From positions 2,444,892-2,508,891 of the forward strand of contig CP070751.1 of NCBI GenBank assembly GCA_020348445.1: 64,000 nucleotides of DNA. Reading direction: 5' to 3'. Below are positions 1 to 9,375 of this stretch, one piece after another. The notes under the pieces were generated by a model, which searched no databases, had not been told where the DNA came from, and worked only from the letters and a program-made list of their open reading frames with translations. Every line of letters begins with the position of its first letter. Position 1 is the first letter of the stretch. The position numbers were made by a program, and so were the translations under genes. Source of the stretch: Thermoplasmata archaeon (GTDB lineage Archaea > Thermoplasmatota > Thermoplasmata > GCA-020350865).

Positions 1-1
1 C

Positions 2-451
2 CTTGAACAGTTGGGAGGCGGATCCATTGATGCATCACTGAAGAGCATAGAGGGGAATTATATCTCTCTCCAGACCTATCATGCAGGTTATTCAAGGCCA
101 TGGCTGCATTGGCATGAATCCAAACCAGGCATGCTCAACACCTTAACCAGTATGGACCACAAGTCCGGTTACTATGTTGATGTGGGCTCATCTGGACATC
201 TAAAAACCATTGGCAAAGTAATTGCTGGTGAGAGCATCCCCCTCAAAACAGGCTGGAACCTGATCGGGTTCCCGAGTCTGATATCTGTGGATAGAGACAC
301 TGCTTTAACTTCGATAGCGGGACTATATGACGCTGTTTACGGATTCGACGCCACAGCTGGGAAAGAGAAACCCATATTAGGCACTGACATGATGGACCCG
401 GGAAGCAGTTACTGGATCCATGTTACAGAAGATTGCGTTCTGGGGTTCTAA
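2..451 (+). CDS. 3' end of a secreted protein carrying the two-repeat C-terminal domain (157-aa class); 5'-truncated by the window edge
   Basis: Frame is open back to base 2 (LEQLGGGS...). Contains YHAGYSRPWLHW, GWNLIGFP and SYWIHVTEDCVLGF, which align with the C-termini of the genes ending at 12855 and 15083. Confidence 0.85.
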   Translation, partial: LEQLGGGSIDASLKSIEGNYISLQTYHAGYSRPWLHWHESKPGMLNTLTSMDHKSGYYVDVGSSGHLKTIGKVIAGESIPLKTGWNLIGFPSLISVDRDTALTSIAGLYDAVYGFDATAGKEKPILGTDMMDPGSSYWIHVTEDCVLGF

Positions 452-632
452 GTCACTTTAGAGAATCCGATATAAGAAGGCCGGTTTCTATAATAACCAT
501 ACGTTAGTGGGAACCATCTTAACCTGATTACATTACCTTCAGTAAAACAATATACCCCGCGATACTATTGGGATAAATTTATAATATGACTTATGAATAT
601 CTTCCGACATAATCCTTTGGGATGAGTCAAAG

Positions 633-2339
633 ATGAACAAAAAATTGTATGTGTTATCCATATCATTCATACTGATTCTGGGCACTTTTTCTTGTATTGA
701 AGTGGAAAATACAGACGGGTTCATGTTCCGAGGTGACTTGTACAGAAGTGGCGTATACGAATCAAAAGTGCCCAATAACAATACCCTTTTATGGAGCTTT
801 GATACAGGAATTTACCGGGTGCAGTCCTCTCCTGTTGTCGTAGATGGCAGGATTTTTTTTGGGAGTGACGATAACAACGTTTATTGCCTGGATGCTCTAA
901 CAGGAGATGAGATTTGGAACTTTTCAACAGAAGGAGCCGTGGGTTCCACACCAGCGGTTGTGGATGGAGTGGTTTATGTGGGATCCGCAGACAGGAACCT
1001 CTATGCAATAGATGCAGTTTCCAAGGAAAAGCTTTGGAATTATACCTATGCAAGCTCTCCTGCCCAAATTACGTCCTCCCCGGCAGTGGTAAACAACATG
1101 ATATTCTTTGCTTCCGATGACAACAATTTTTATGCTCTTAATATATCGAAAGCATCGACTCCCGAGTTGGAGTGGGTATTTCCAACTGGAAATGGTTTCC
1201 CCCCCAGTGAATATCAGTCAAGTCCAGCCGTCTTGTGGCCCTATGTATACTTTGGCTCAATAGATGGTAATCTATATTGTGTCTGGGCTAACAATGGGAC
1301 CCAGAAATGGGCCTTTGAAATGGAAGACGGCCTTGAAATCTACACGACCCCGACTATATACAATGGCTCTATATACATAGGAGGTGCTGATTATAAAATC
1401 AATGGTGCTTTATATTGTCTTGATGCCCAAACTGGGGAAGAAAAATGGAGGTTTCTCCCCCCTGGTGAGGGGCGCTTCTCAGAGGTTTACTCCTCTGCAG
1501 CAGTACATGACGACATCGTATTTATTCATGCTTGGCATAAGACACCTGGTCCAGAGGAAGAAAGAGGGACCGTGTTTGCGATTCGAGGGGATCTAAACGG
1601 TGATGGGAATATCACAAACAATGAGATCAAATGGAGTTTTATCACATGGGATGACGAGGGTGGATCGTCCCCAACCGTGGCAGATGGAAAGGTGCTCGTT
1701 GGATCTACAAATAAAAAATTGTATTGTATTGACGAATATACAGGGGAGGAGCTCTGGAATCTCACAACAGGTGGTCAAATCGTGGCCTCACCCACTGTCG
1801 CCTATGGAATTGTCTATATCACATCCGAGGACGGCACACTGTACGCCATAGGAGGAGATGAACCAGCCTATTTGGAGGTCGAAATCATCCCTGAGTTTCC
1901 ATCCATAAAATCCAACAGGGTGATGGGCATCTCATTTAATGTTACTTACAGAGGTTTTCCAATCGAAGGTGCGTTCATCAACTTCGAGGTCGATTTGGGC
2001 AATCTATCCCAGAGCGGAGCAAGCACATTCGAGGATGGCAGCCAGAGAATAAAATACAATGCCCCAGAGGTTTCTGAAAATACCACTGTTACAGTGCATG
2101 CCAAAGTCACTAAACCCGGATATCCCGAGGGAAACTCAACTGCTTCATTCGTAGTTGAGCCACCAACATCTTACAAACAGATTAAATCGAGCAGCATGTT
2201 CTCTCTATCCAAGTACTGGTTGTATCTTGTTGCTATATTTGTTCTCGTCGTGATAAATGTCGTTATCATGTATTATGCCAAAAGAAAAAAAAGTGATGAA
2301 GCAGGAAAATCTAAGGTCCAAGAAAATGTAGGGGAATAA
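633..2339 (+). CDS. Secreted PQQ-like (BamB-type repeat) beta-propeller with Ig-like stalk and C-terminal TM anchor
   Basis: N-terminal hydrophobic signal; repeated SSP.V.DG..F.GS.D..(L/V)Y(C/A)LD..TG...W blades; hydrophobic helix YWLYLVAIFVLVVINVVIMYY followed by a basic tail. Confidence 0.85.
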   Translation: MNKKLYVLSISFILILGTFSCIEVENTDGFMFRGDLYRSGVYESKVPNNNTLLWSFDTGIYRVQSSPVVVDGRIFFGSDDNNVYCLDALTGDEIWNFSTEGAVGSTPAVVDGVVYVGSADRNLYAIDAVSKEKLWNYTYASSPAQITSSPAVVNNMIFFASDDNNFYALNISKASTPELEWVFPTGNGFPPSEYQSSPAVLWPYVYFGSIDGNLYCVWANNGTQKWAFEMEDGLEIYTTPTIYNGSIYIGGADYKINGALYCLDAQTGEEKWRFLPPGEGRFSEVYSSAAVHDDIVFIHAWHKTPGPEEERGTVFAIRGDLNGDGNITNNEIKWSFITWDDEGGSSPTVADGKVLVGSTNKKLYCIDEYTGEELWNLTTGGQIVASPTVAYGIVYITSEDGTLYAIGGDEPAYLEVEIIPEFPSIKSNRVMGISFNVTYRGFPIEGAFINFEVDLGNLSQSGASTFEDGSQRIKYNAPEVSENTTVTVHAKVTKPGYPEGNSTASFVVEPPTSYKQIKSSSMFSLSKYWLYLVAIFVLVVINVVIMYYAKRKKSDEAGKSKVQENVGE

Positions 2340-2340
2340 A

Positions 2341-3564
2341 ATGAGTTTTATTGCAACAAAAACACAAGCCTTGCTTTTGGTAATTATAATATGCATAACC
2401 TTATTTCCGTCGGGGAATTCCAATGAAGCAATGGATGTTACCACCTTGAACCTTCTTTGGGAGAACAAAGAGGGGCACAACGCCACGCTGTGGTCTGTCA
2501 GGTGGTCACCCGATGACAGCATGATCTCAGCCACCTATTTTGACAACACAACCACGATATTCAACGCCCAAAACGGCTCCATTATAACGAAAATGGGGGC
2601 TCATCCGAAACCCCATGGAACCCGATGTGATGGTGAGCAAGATTGCGAAATTGAAGAGCATCTACCAACAAGATCCAGCGCCTGGTCCCCAGATGGCAAA
2701 TATCTGGCAACTGGAGGGGACAACAGGCTCATAATCATATATGCAAGCATAAACTGGTCTGTGGTAAAGATATTAGAGGGACATGAGCAAAGCGTCCTCA
2801 CCTTGGAGTGGTCTCCTGGGGGAACAATGATCGCATCCGGCTCTGGAACAGATAAGGTGGCCATTCACAATGAAGACAAAAAAGAGAATATAGTTAAGAT
2901 CTGGGATTTCTCCACCGGCTTGGTTATTGCTGAGCTCGAAGGACATCAGGATGGTGTTATGAACGTGAAATGGTCTCCCAACGGCTCCCAGATCGCCTCT
3001 GCATCAGATGATAAAAAAATTATGCTGTGGAGCACCTCCGACTGGACGAGAACCATGACCCTGGATGACCACGTCTTGGGTGTGCTTGATGTGGATTGGT
3101 CTCCAAATGGTACCTTTCTTGTGTCAGGAAGCAGAGATTACAAAGTCAGGTTGTGGGATGCCCAAACTGGTGAATCCATTGATAGATGGACAGAACCCAA
3201 CTGCATTCGTTCTGTTCATTGGCATCCAGATAAAGGGCTCATCGCAAATTCAGGCGTTGGGGAGACCATGCTTAAAATCCGCAATGCTACAACAGGCACA
3301 GTGATCAAGACATTTACAGAATCTGCCGATTCAAAAAGCGTGGTCATGTCCTCACGATGGTCACACGACGGATTGAAACTGGCTGCTGGGGCAGGTTTGG
3401 AGCACGCGTTGAGGGTATACTCCTTTGGTATATCAAGTGAAAAGGAGTCCAAAGAGATTCCATCGTGGGTTCCAGGCACCGTATTGTTCATGGCCATCAC
3501 CGCTATTGTTGTAGTTTTGATTATGATTCCAGTATTGGGAAAATTACAGGAGAGTGGAAGGTGA
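2341..3564 (+). CDS. Secreted WD40-repeat beta-propeller with C-terminal TM anchor
   Basis: Signal peptide; GH...V..V.WSPDG..LASGS.D...(K/R)IWD repeats; C-terminal TM helix; starts 1 nt after the previous stop codon. Confidence 0.9.
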   Translation: MSFIATKTQALLLVIIICITLFPSGNSNEAMDVTTLNLLWENKEGHNATLWSVRWSPDDSMISATYFDNTTTIFNAQNGSIITKMGAHPKPHGTRCDGEQDCEIEEHLPTRSSAWSPDGKYLATGGDNRLIIIYASINWSVVKILEGHEQSVLTLEWSPGGTMIASGSGTDKVAIHNEDKKENIVKIWDFSTGLVIAELEGHQDGVMNVKWSPNGSQIASASDDKKIMLWSTSDWTRTMTLDDHVLGVLDVDWSPNGTFLVSGSRDYKVRLWDAQTGESIDRWTEPNCIRSVHWHPDKGLIANSGVGETMLKIRNATTGTVIKTFTESADSKSVVMSSRWSHDGLKLAAGAGLEHALRVYSFGISSEKESKEIPSWVPGTVLFMAITAIVVVLIMIPVLGKLQESGR

Positions 3565-3565
3565 A

Positions 3566-4933
3566 ATGGTATTGAGCAACCTTATAAGAAGGGCGAGCGT
3601 AATTTTTCTTTCGTTGATTCTTCTTATGATGTTCTTTCCTTACACGTTAACCTCAAAAGCTGATATCGATTCCAATTATCTAGGAAACGGCCCTGGTAGG
3701 TTCAACTCATTGAAGGCCCAGGATATCGATTCAGACGGTAACGTGGAGGTCGTTTTCGGTAACTATGAAGGTTATCTCAACATAATCGAAAGTAGGGACG
3801 GCAGTTATTTTGAAAAATGGCGTTCTGACTCCTTGGGAACGAGGTTATGGGGTCTTTGTATTGCTGATTGTGATTCAGACGGCACAAATGAGATAATAGC
3901 AGGAAATGGCGAGGGGGAGTTCTATGTTTTTGATGCAGTATCAAACGAGTTAGAGTGGAAAAAGGAGGATCTAGGACGTGATGCCCATGGCATTGCTGTG
4001 GGCAACATAGACTCTGATGAAAATTTGGAGATAGTTGTGGGAACAGGCTATAAAACAGACATACCCTTGGGAAATGTGTATGTATTCGACGGTAAAACCC
4101 ATGAACTTGAGGCAGAATTGGGTCCCATTTCTTCAAGGCATCGCGGAGTTGCAATCGATGATGTGGATTTGGACGGTGTAAATGAAATAATCTTTGGAAG
4201 CGGAGTATCCTTGGGAGAGACCCCAGGTGAAGGTTACATTTACATATACGGTTTTGATGGCGAAGATTACATCCAGGAATGGAAAAGCGAGGATCTTGAT
4301 GGTGATGTCATAGGTCTTGTGATCTACGATCTTGAGGGCGATGGTACTTTAGAAATTATCGCAGGAAACGGCTACAGGTACAACCAGGGTTATTGCTTTA
4401 TATTCAGATATGTAGGAGAAGGAAGCGATTCAGGTTCCGGAACTCCTGCCATTTATCAACAGGTATGGGAAAGCGAGGATATAGGACCCAAGGCTTATGG
4501 ACTGGATGTTGGGGATATCGACGATGATGGTATAACAGAGATCGTTGTGGGCAACCAACCTGGCTATATTTGGATCTTCGATGCAAATACCCACGAGGTT
4601 GAGTGGAAAAGTCCGCTTTTAGGCACCGATATTCTAGGCATAGAAATCGCGGATGTTGATTTGGATGGTGAGGTCGAGATCATCGCCTCCCAGGGGGGCT
4701 ACATTGGAAAAGCTGACTGGACATCAGCCTATACTGCCCCGCATATATACATAATAAATGGTAGAACCCATGAGATCGAGACCAAATTGGGCGAGTACGA
4801 TTATTTGGAAATCCTATTTACGGTGGTGGTGATAGTACTTATTGTAATTACCTTGGTTCACCTCAATCGGGTGCTAAGGATCAAAAAAACAATCCGGAAA
4901 ACCAAAGTTGATACAAAAAGAGGAATCAAATGA
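3566..4933 (+). CDS. Secreted FG-GAP/VCBS-repeat protein with C-terminal TM anchor
   Basis: Repeated D.D.DG..EI(I/V).G Ca-binding motifs; signal peptide and C-terminal TM helix. ATG 3566 follows a GGAAGGTGA RBS (the ORF track starts at 3554). Confidence 0.85.
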   Translation: MVLSNLIRRASVIFLSLILLMMFFPYTLTSKADIDSNYLGNGPGRFNSLKAQDIDSDGNVEVVFGNYEGYLNIIESRDGSYFEKWRSDSLGTRLWGLCIADCDSDGTNEIIAGNGEGEFYVFDAVSNELEWKKEDLGRDAHGIAVGNIDSDENLEIVVGTGYKTDIPLGNVYVFDGKTHELEAELGPISSRHRGVAIDDVDLDGVNEIIFGSGVSLGETPGEGYIYIYGFDGEDYIQEWKSEDLDGDVIGLVIYDLEGDGTLEIIAGNGYRYNQGYCFIFRYVGEGSDSGSGTPAIYQQVWESEDIGPKAYGLDVGDIDDDGITEIVVGNQPGYIWIFDANTHEVEWKSPLLGTDILGIEIADVDLDGEVEIIASQGGYIGKADWTSAYTAPHIYIINGRTHEIETKLGEYDYLEILFTVVVIVLIVITLVHLNRVLRIKKTIRKTKVDTKRGIK

Positions 4934-4943
4934 GGTATAAAAG

Positions 4944-5696
4944 ATGCTACTGGAACTTGTGGTTGCGGCATTAATCGGGATATCCTTTGGAAATGCATGG
5001 GCCTGCATTCTCATGTCCTTTGGAACCTCGGCAGAGGAACGGAGTGTGGGTAAGTGGTTCATTGCAGGCAGGTTCTTAGGATTGATTCTTCTTGGATCTG
5101 TGATTTCCCTATTGAGGTTTGCAGCCCAGGACGTGATGCCCATTGTTATTTTGATATTCGGAGTATCAACTCTCCTTTTCGGTTTGTTGATTTTAATTCG
5201 GCATTTGATACAAAGCCGATATTATTTAGAGGATAAAAAAGGCATTTCTGATAATGTTCTGTTGTCTTTAATTTCGTTTTTCATGGTTATACCCAAAGAC
5301 AGAAAATGCAAAGGCAATCCAAATGGACCCCATGGGCACAAAAACAAAGGCAGTCATCATAGAAAACAGGGACAATGTAAAAGACACAAGAACTTCACAG
5401 AAAAATCTGGATTTGCACTTGGTGTGCTCAGGGGAGCGACCCCCTGTGCCAAGGTTATAGTATTGACTCCTCTTCTGGTGGCCTTTGGCTTCCCAGGTTC
5501 TCTGCCAATTATACTTGTCTATGCCTCTGCCTCCACGATCTATCCTGTAATTGGATATCTTTCAGCTGATGTACTTTCAAAATTCGATAAATATCAGTTA
5601 CATTTCAAAATACTAGGTGCATTCATACTCATTGCCATGGGTTTGTATTTCATAGTCAAGGTTGTTATGTGGAACTCCACACACATTGGAATGTAA
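4944..5696 (+). CDS. Integral membrane protein of the DsbD_2/UreH/RcnA-like type with a His/Cys-rich loop
   Basis: Several hydrophobic helices; loop CKGNPNGPHGHKNKGSHHRKQGQCKRH followed by G.LRGATPC, resembling the G..PC motif of this superfamily. Confidence 0.6.
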   Translation: MLLELVVAALIGISFGNAWACILMSFGTSAEERSVGKWFIAGRFLGLILLGSVISLLRFAAQDVMPIVILIFGVSTLLFGLLILIRHLIQSRYYLEDKKGISDNVLLSLISFFMVIPKDRKCKGNPNGPHGHKNKGSHHRKQGQCKRHKNFTEKSGFALGVLRGATPCAKVIVLTPLLVAFGFPGSLPIILVYASASTIYPVIGYLSADVLSKFDKYQLHFKILGAFILIAMGLYFIVKVVMWNSTHIGM

Positions 5697-5700
5697 TTTG

Positions 5701-6672
5701 GTGATAAAAGAAAGTGTGAATCATGTGAGAAGACCCAAGATAAGTGAGTGGCGTTTAATCGTGAACATAGCCTGGCTTTTCGTGATAAACAGCGTGCTCT
5801 TCGGAGTTTTTTATTTCAGCACACACCCTTTGACTAAGAACATATTCTGGCCTAATTTGTCAACAAGGTTCATCGTGAACAATCCCACAACTTCATTTTT
5901 ATACCAGATCCAGTCACGGTTTGCTAGTGGACAGGAGACCTATTATGTGGATCTGCTTGTTCCTTTCATGATATTTATTTTATTGGTTGTGATTTTAGGA
6001 AGGGTCTGGTGCGGGTGGCTTTGCCCCATAGGTTTTATACAGAACATTCTGCTTAGGATTAGAAAAGCACTGGGTATTCCATACAAGGATGTGTCCCCCA
6101 AGGCCACAATGGTGCTCAACCAGATGGGGTATGTACTGATATTTTTGATAGCCTTTTTGTCATTTGCTGTGGGAGTAACTTTCCTGGGAATGCACAATTT
6201 TTGGACAAAATCCGAGCTCCCCTTCGAGAGTGTGGCACCGCCGCGACCAATTTGGATCTTCCTTCAGCAGCTCGTGGGTCTGGAATCCTGGGATTCTGTC
6301 ATACCTCTCTCTTCTATAATCGTGGCGATCTTGGTGATCGTTCTATCCTTTAAAATCAGGCATTTCTGGTGCAGAATATGCCCTGCAGGGGCCCTCATGT
6401 CTCTTTTAAACCGCAGGGCCCTTGTGAGCATCCAAAAGGATGGCTCAAAATGCACAAAGTGCAGAATCTGTCTTAGAGCCTGCCCAATGGACATCGAGGA
6501 AATATACGAGGAGAAGGAAAAGGACAACGTGACCCACGAGACCTGTATCCACTGTTACAGATGCGTGGAGCTGTGTCCCGAAGATGGCTGCTTGAGTGTG
6601 ACATTCATGAACAAGACTATTGCTACTTCGAAGTATCCAAGGGCGCCAAAGCAAAAAGAGGTGGTTGGATGA
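5701..6672 (+). CDS. Membrane 4Fe-4S protein, NapH/MauN family
   Basis: CGWLCPIG and WCRICPAG motifs plus two ferredoxin motifs (CTKCRICLRACP, CIHCYRCVELCP) and TM helices. Exact start is uncertain (5701 or 5716). Confidence 0.85.
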   Translation: MIKESVNHVRRPKISEWRLIVNIAWLFVINSVLFGVFYFSTHPLTKNIFWPNLSTRFIVNNPTTSFLYQIQSRFASGQETYYVDLLVPFMIFILLVVILGRVWCGWLCPIGFIQNILLRIRKALGIPYKDVSPKATMVLNQMGYVLIFLIAFLSFAVGVTFLGMHNFWTKSELPFESVAPPRPIWIFLQQLVGLESWDSVIPLSSIIVAILVIVLSFKIRHFWCRICPAGALMSLLNRRALVSIQKDGSKCTKCRICLRACPMDIEEIYEEKEKDNVTHETCIHCYRCVELCPEDGCLSVTFMNKTIATSKYPRAPKQKEVVG

Positions 6673-8048
6673 ATTTAATTTCAAAAAAGAAAGGGGAAAA
6701 GAACGTACAGGACGAGAAACTTAATCCATTATCGAGCCTAAAAGCCTCTGAGAAAAGGTATGTAAGTGACAAGATTCTGAACAATTTGGGAATCAAAAAG
6801 GAGCAGACCCTCTCAGCTATGAAGAAATTTATAGAGGACGAAATCAAGAAACTACAATCCATGTCCCAAAGAGCACAGTCCATGGCCTATTTTGACGATA
6901 TTGCCAGGTATTTCGGAACAAGGGCCGAGGAAGTTGCGAAGTTCAAGGATGCAGGAGGACATGTGGTTGGTTCTCTTTGCATGTTCGTGCCAAACGAAAT
7001 TATTGCAGCTTCAGGAGCGCTCCCCTTAAGACTGGGCAGCGGCTTTCATGAAACAGCAGGTCCTGCAAATGTGATTTTGGGTGATGCAGGATTATGTCCT
7101 TTGGTTAAATCCACATTGGGCATGAGAATGGCTGCATGCTCTCCTTATTTTGAGATGTGTGATTTGCTTGTAGCCCCGACTCCCTGCGATGCCAAATTGA
7201 AGCTGGGGGAAATACTCCAGGATTTCGTACCTGTATTGATGCTTAATCTCCCTCGGATAAAGAGCGGAGCTGTGAACCGCAGGCAGTGGGCAGAGGAGAT
7301 CGGGATTCTCATGGACAAACTGGAGCTCCTCACAGGTAAAAAGATTAAAAGAAAGGACATGAAAGTAAGTATAGAAAAGTACCAGAGGGCCTATTCTGCT
7401 TACAGGGAACTTATGAATATAAGACGCGAGGCTGATGTGCTCTGGGGGAGAGACGCTCTTTTGGTAGCCCAATTATCATATTATGACGATATCGAAAGGT
7501 GGACACAGAACGTGCATAAGCTGGTTGCTGAGTTAAAACAGATGAAAGAGGAGGGAAAAACAATAATTTCGGATGAAGCTCCAAGAATCATGCTTGCTGG
7601 CTCCCCAATCATCTGGCCAAACTGGAAAATCCCAGATATAATCGAGGAAAGTGATGCACTGATTGTGGCAGATGAGCTATGCTCTGCAACAAGGGCACTT
7701 TCAAATCCAGTTGTTGTTGATGAGAACACAAAAAGAGGCATGATAGATGCAGTTATCGAGCGCTATCTATTTCCATGTACATGTCCTTGCTTTTCCCCAA
7801 ATCTTGAAAGGGATGACAACCTCTTAAACAGGATCAGGGACTATAAAGTGCAAGGTGTTATATTCCATGTTTTGAAGGGGTGCCATCTAAATGCACTTGA
7901 TGCAACAAGAATCAAAGGGATTTTAGAGGAAGAGGGAATTCCAATGTTCACTATAGAAAGCGAGTATGTTATGGGCGACTATCAGCAGATAAAGCTTAGG
8001 CTTGAAGCGTTCTTGGAGATGGTGAGGGCGCAGATTGACATAATTTAA
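6669..8048 (+). CDS. Double-cubane cluster protein-like reductase (2-hydroxyacyl-CoA dehydratase fold)
   Basis: Cys motifs SLCMF, LCPLVKS, ACSPYF, TPCDAKLK, ELCSA, CTCPCFSPN and GCHL match the DCCP pattern as I recall it (LCPLIKS, TTCDGKK, CSCFTPN, FCH). ATG overlaps the upstream stop (ATGA) behind GAGGTG. Confidence 0.75.
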   Translation: MNLISKKKGEKNVQDEKLNPLSSLKASEKRYVSDKILNNLGIKKEQTLSAMKKFIEDEIKKLQSMSQRAQSMAYFDDIARYFGTRAEEVAKFKDAGGHVVGSLCMFVPNEIIAASGALPLRLGSGFHETAGPANVILGDAGLCPLVKSTLGMRMAACSPYFEMCDLLVAPTPCDAKLKLGEILQDFVPVLMLNLPRIKSGAVNRRQWAEEIGILMDKLELLTGKKIKRKDMKVSIEKYQRAYSAYRELMNIRREADVLWGRDALLVAQLSYYDDIERWTQNVHKLVAELKQMKEEGKTIISDEAPRIMLAGSPIIWPNWKIPDIIEESDALIVADELCSATRALSNPVVVDENTKRGMIDAVIERYLFPCTCPCFSPNLERDDNLLNRIRDYKVQGVIFHVLKGCHLNALDATRIKGILEEEGIPMFTIESEYVMGDYQQIKLRLEAFLEMVRAQIDII

Positions 8049-8142
8049 AATATTGTATATCGTGTTATGCATAATGAGAAGTAAGTAATACTCCCTTAAA
8101 ATAAGGGGATAATAAATATTGAGGTACGGGATTGTATTAAAG

Positions 8143-9198
8143 ATGAAAAAACATATTGCGTGTTTAATAGTGATTATACTAATATCAACCGTTTTCGGGA
8201 ATTACCCTCAGGTCAATGCAGATCCAGGCACGATATCAGTAATTGGAACCCTCCCCTTACCCATCTACAGAGCCTCTTCAATTTGGGATGGGGAAAATGT
8301 ATACCTCTTTGGAGGAAAGGACGGAACCAAGAGTCTGAATACCATAGTACGCTACTCTCCAACCACCAACGATGCTAATATTCTTGATGTTGTGCTACCC
8401 ACAGTAAAGGATGGATCGTCGGCTATTTGGGACGGCCAGCACGCATACATATTTGGCGGAAACTCAGAAGGGATAAGCACAAAAGAGATTCTTAGATTCG
8501 ATACCTTATCCGAGGATTTAACGATGATGCAGGCCGAGCTTCCCTGGGGACTGCAAGGTGCAGGAGCATTTTGGACAGGTCAATATGCATATATTTTTGG
8601 CGGTCATGATGAGAATCGGAATTTCCATAAAGAGATAATCAGGTATGACCCAAAAGAGGATAACATAACGATTACCGATATTCTTCTTCCCTCGGAAAGG
8701 GCCGGAGCCTCTTTGATTTGGAATGGAGAGTTCGCATATATCTTTGGTGGGAGATTCATGAGCGTCATACGGGATGAGATATTACGGTTTAATCCTAATG
8801 ACGGTACTTTAATTAGTATGAATGCGGTTCTACCTGAGCCGAGATATCATACATCTGCTGCATGGGACAGTTGCTGTGCCTACATCTTTGGAGGCCGAAA
8901 TGGTTCCTCTGTTTTGGATGATATCCTAATTTATAATCCAATTACTGATTCTCTTTTCGTGGAGAAAACCAAGTTCACCAGTGGTAGAGAGCGCACATCT
9001 GCAATGTGGATTGGGGATCATGCTTATATTTTTGGGGGGGAGTCTGGTGCCAATTATTTGGATGAGATAGTGATTTATAATCCTGAGACTCGTGATGAGG
9101 ATCAAATCACAGAACCGTTTTTGGTTTTCCAATTGATAGCCATAGTGGCTGCGATGATCATTTTAATCTGGTTTGTAGGGAGAAGAAAAAAGGAATAA
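8143..9198 (+). CDS. Secreted Kelch-repeat beta-propeller with C-terminal TM anchor
   Basis: Six repeats of W.G..AYIFGG.......I..(Y/F).P; signal peptide from ATG 8143; TM helix plus RRKKE tail. Confidence 0.9.
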   Translation: MKKHIACLIVIILISTVFGNYPQVNADPGTISVIGTLPLPIYRASSIWDGENVYLFGGKDGTKSLNTIVRYSPTTNDANILDVVLPTVKDGSSAIWDGQHAYIFGGNSEGISTKEILRFDTLSEDLTMMQAELPWGLQGAGAFWTGQYAYIFGGHDENRNFHKEIIRYDPKEDNITITDILLPSERAGASLIWNGEFAYIFGGRFMSVIRDEILRFNPNDGTLISMNAVLPEPRYHTSAAWDSCCAYIFGGRNGSSVLDDILIYNPITDSLFVEKTKFTSGRERTSAMWIGDHAYIFGGESGANYLDEIVIYNPETRDEDQITEPFLVFQLIAIVAAMIILIWFVGRRKKE

Positions 9199-9375
9199 TA
9201 CACAAAGAATCGGTTTAACAATTCTTAAATACAATGAGGGTTATATCCTTTTTGTGCATTAATATAATGAACATATATTTATTTGAACCTTTACAATATA
9301 AAGCCCAGAATCAGATATAATAAAACACATATCAAATGAATCGAGGGTAAATCTAATATTCGAGGAGGAAATGAT

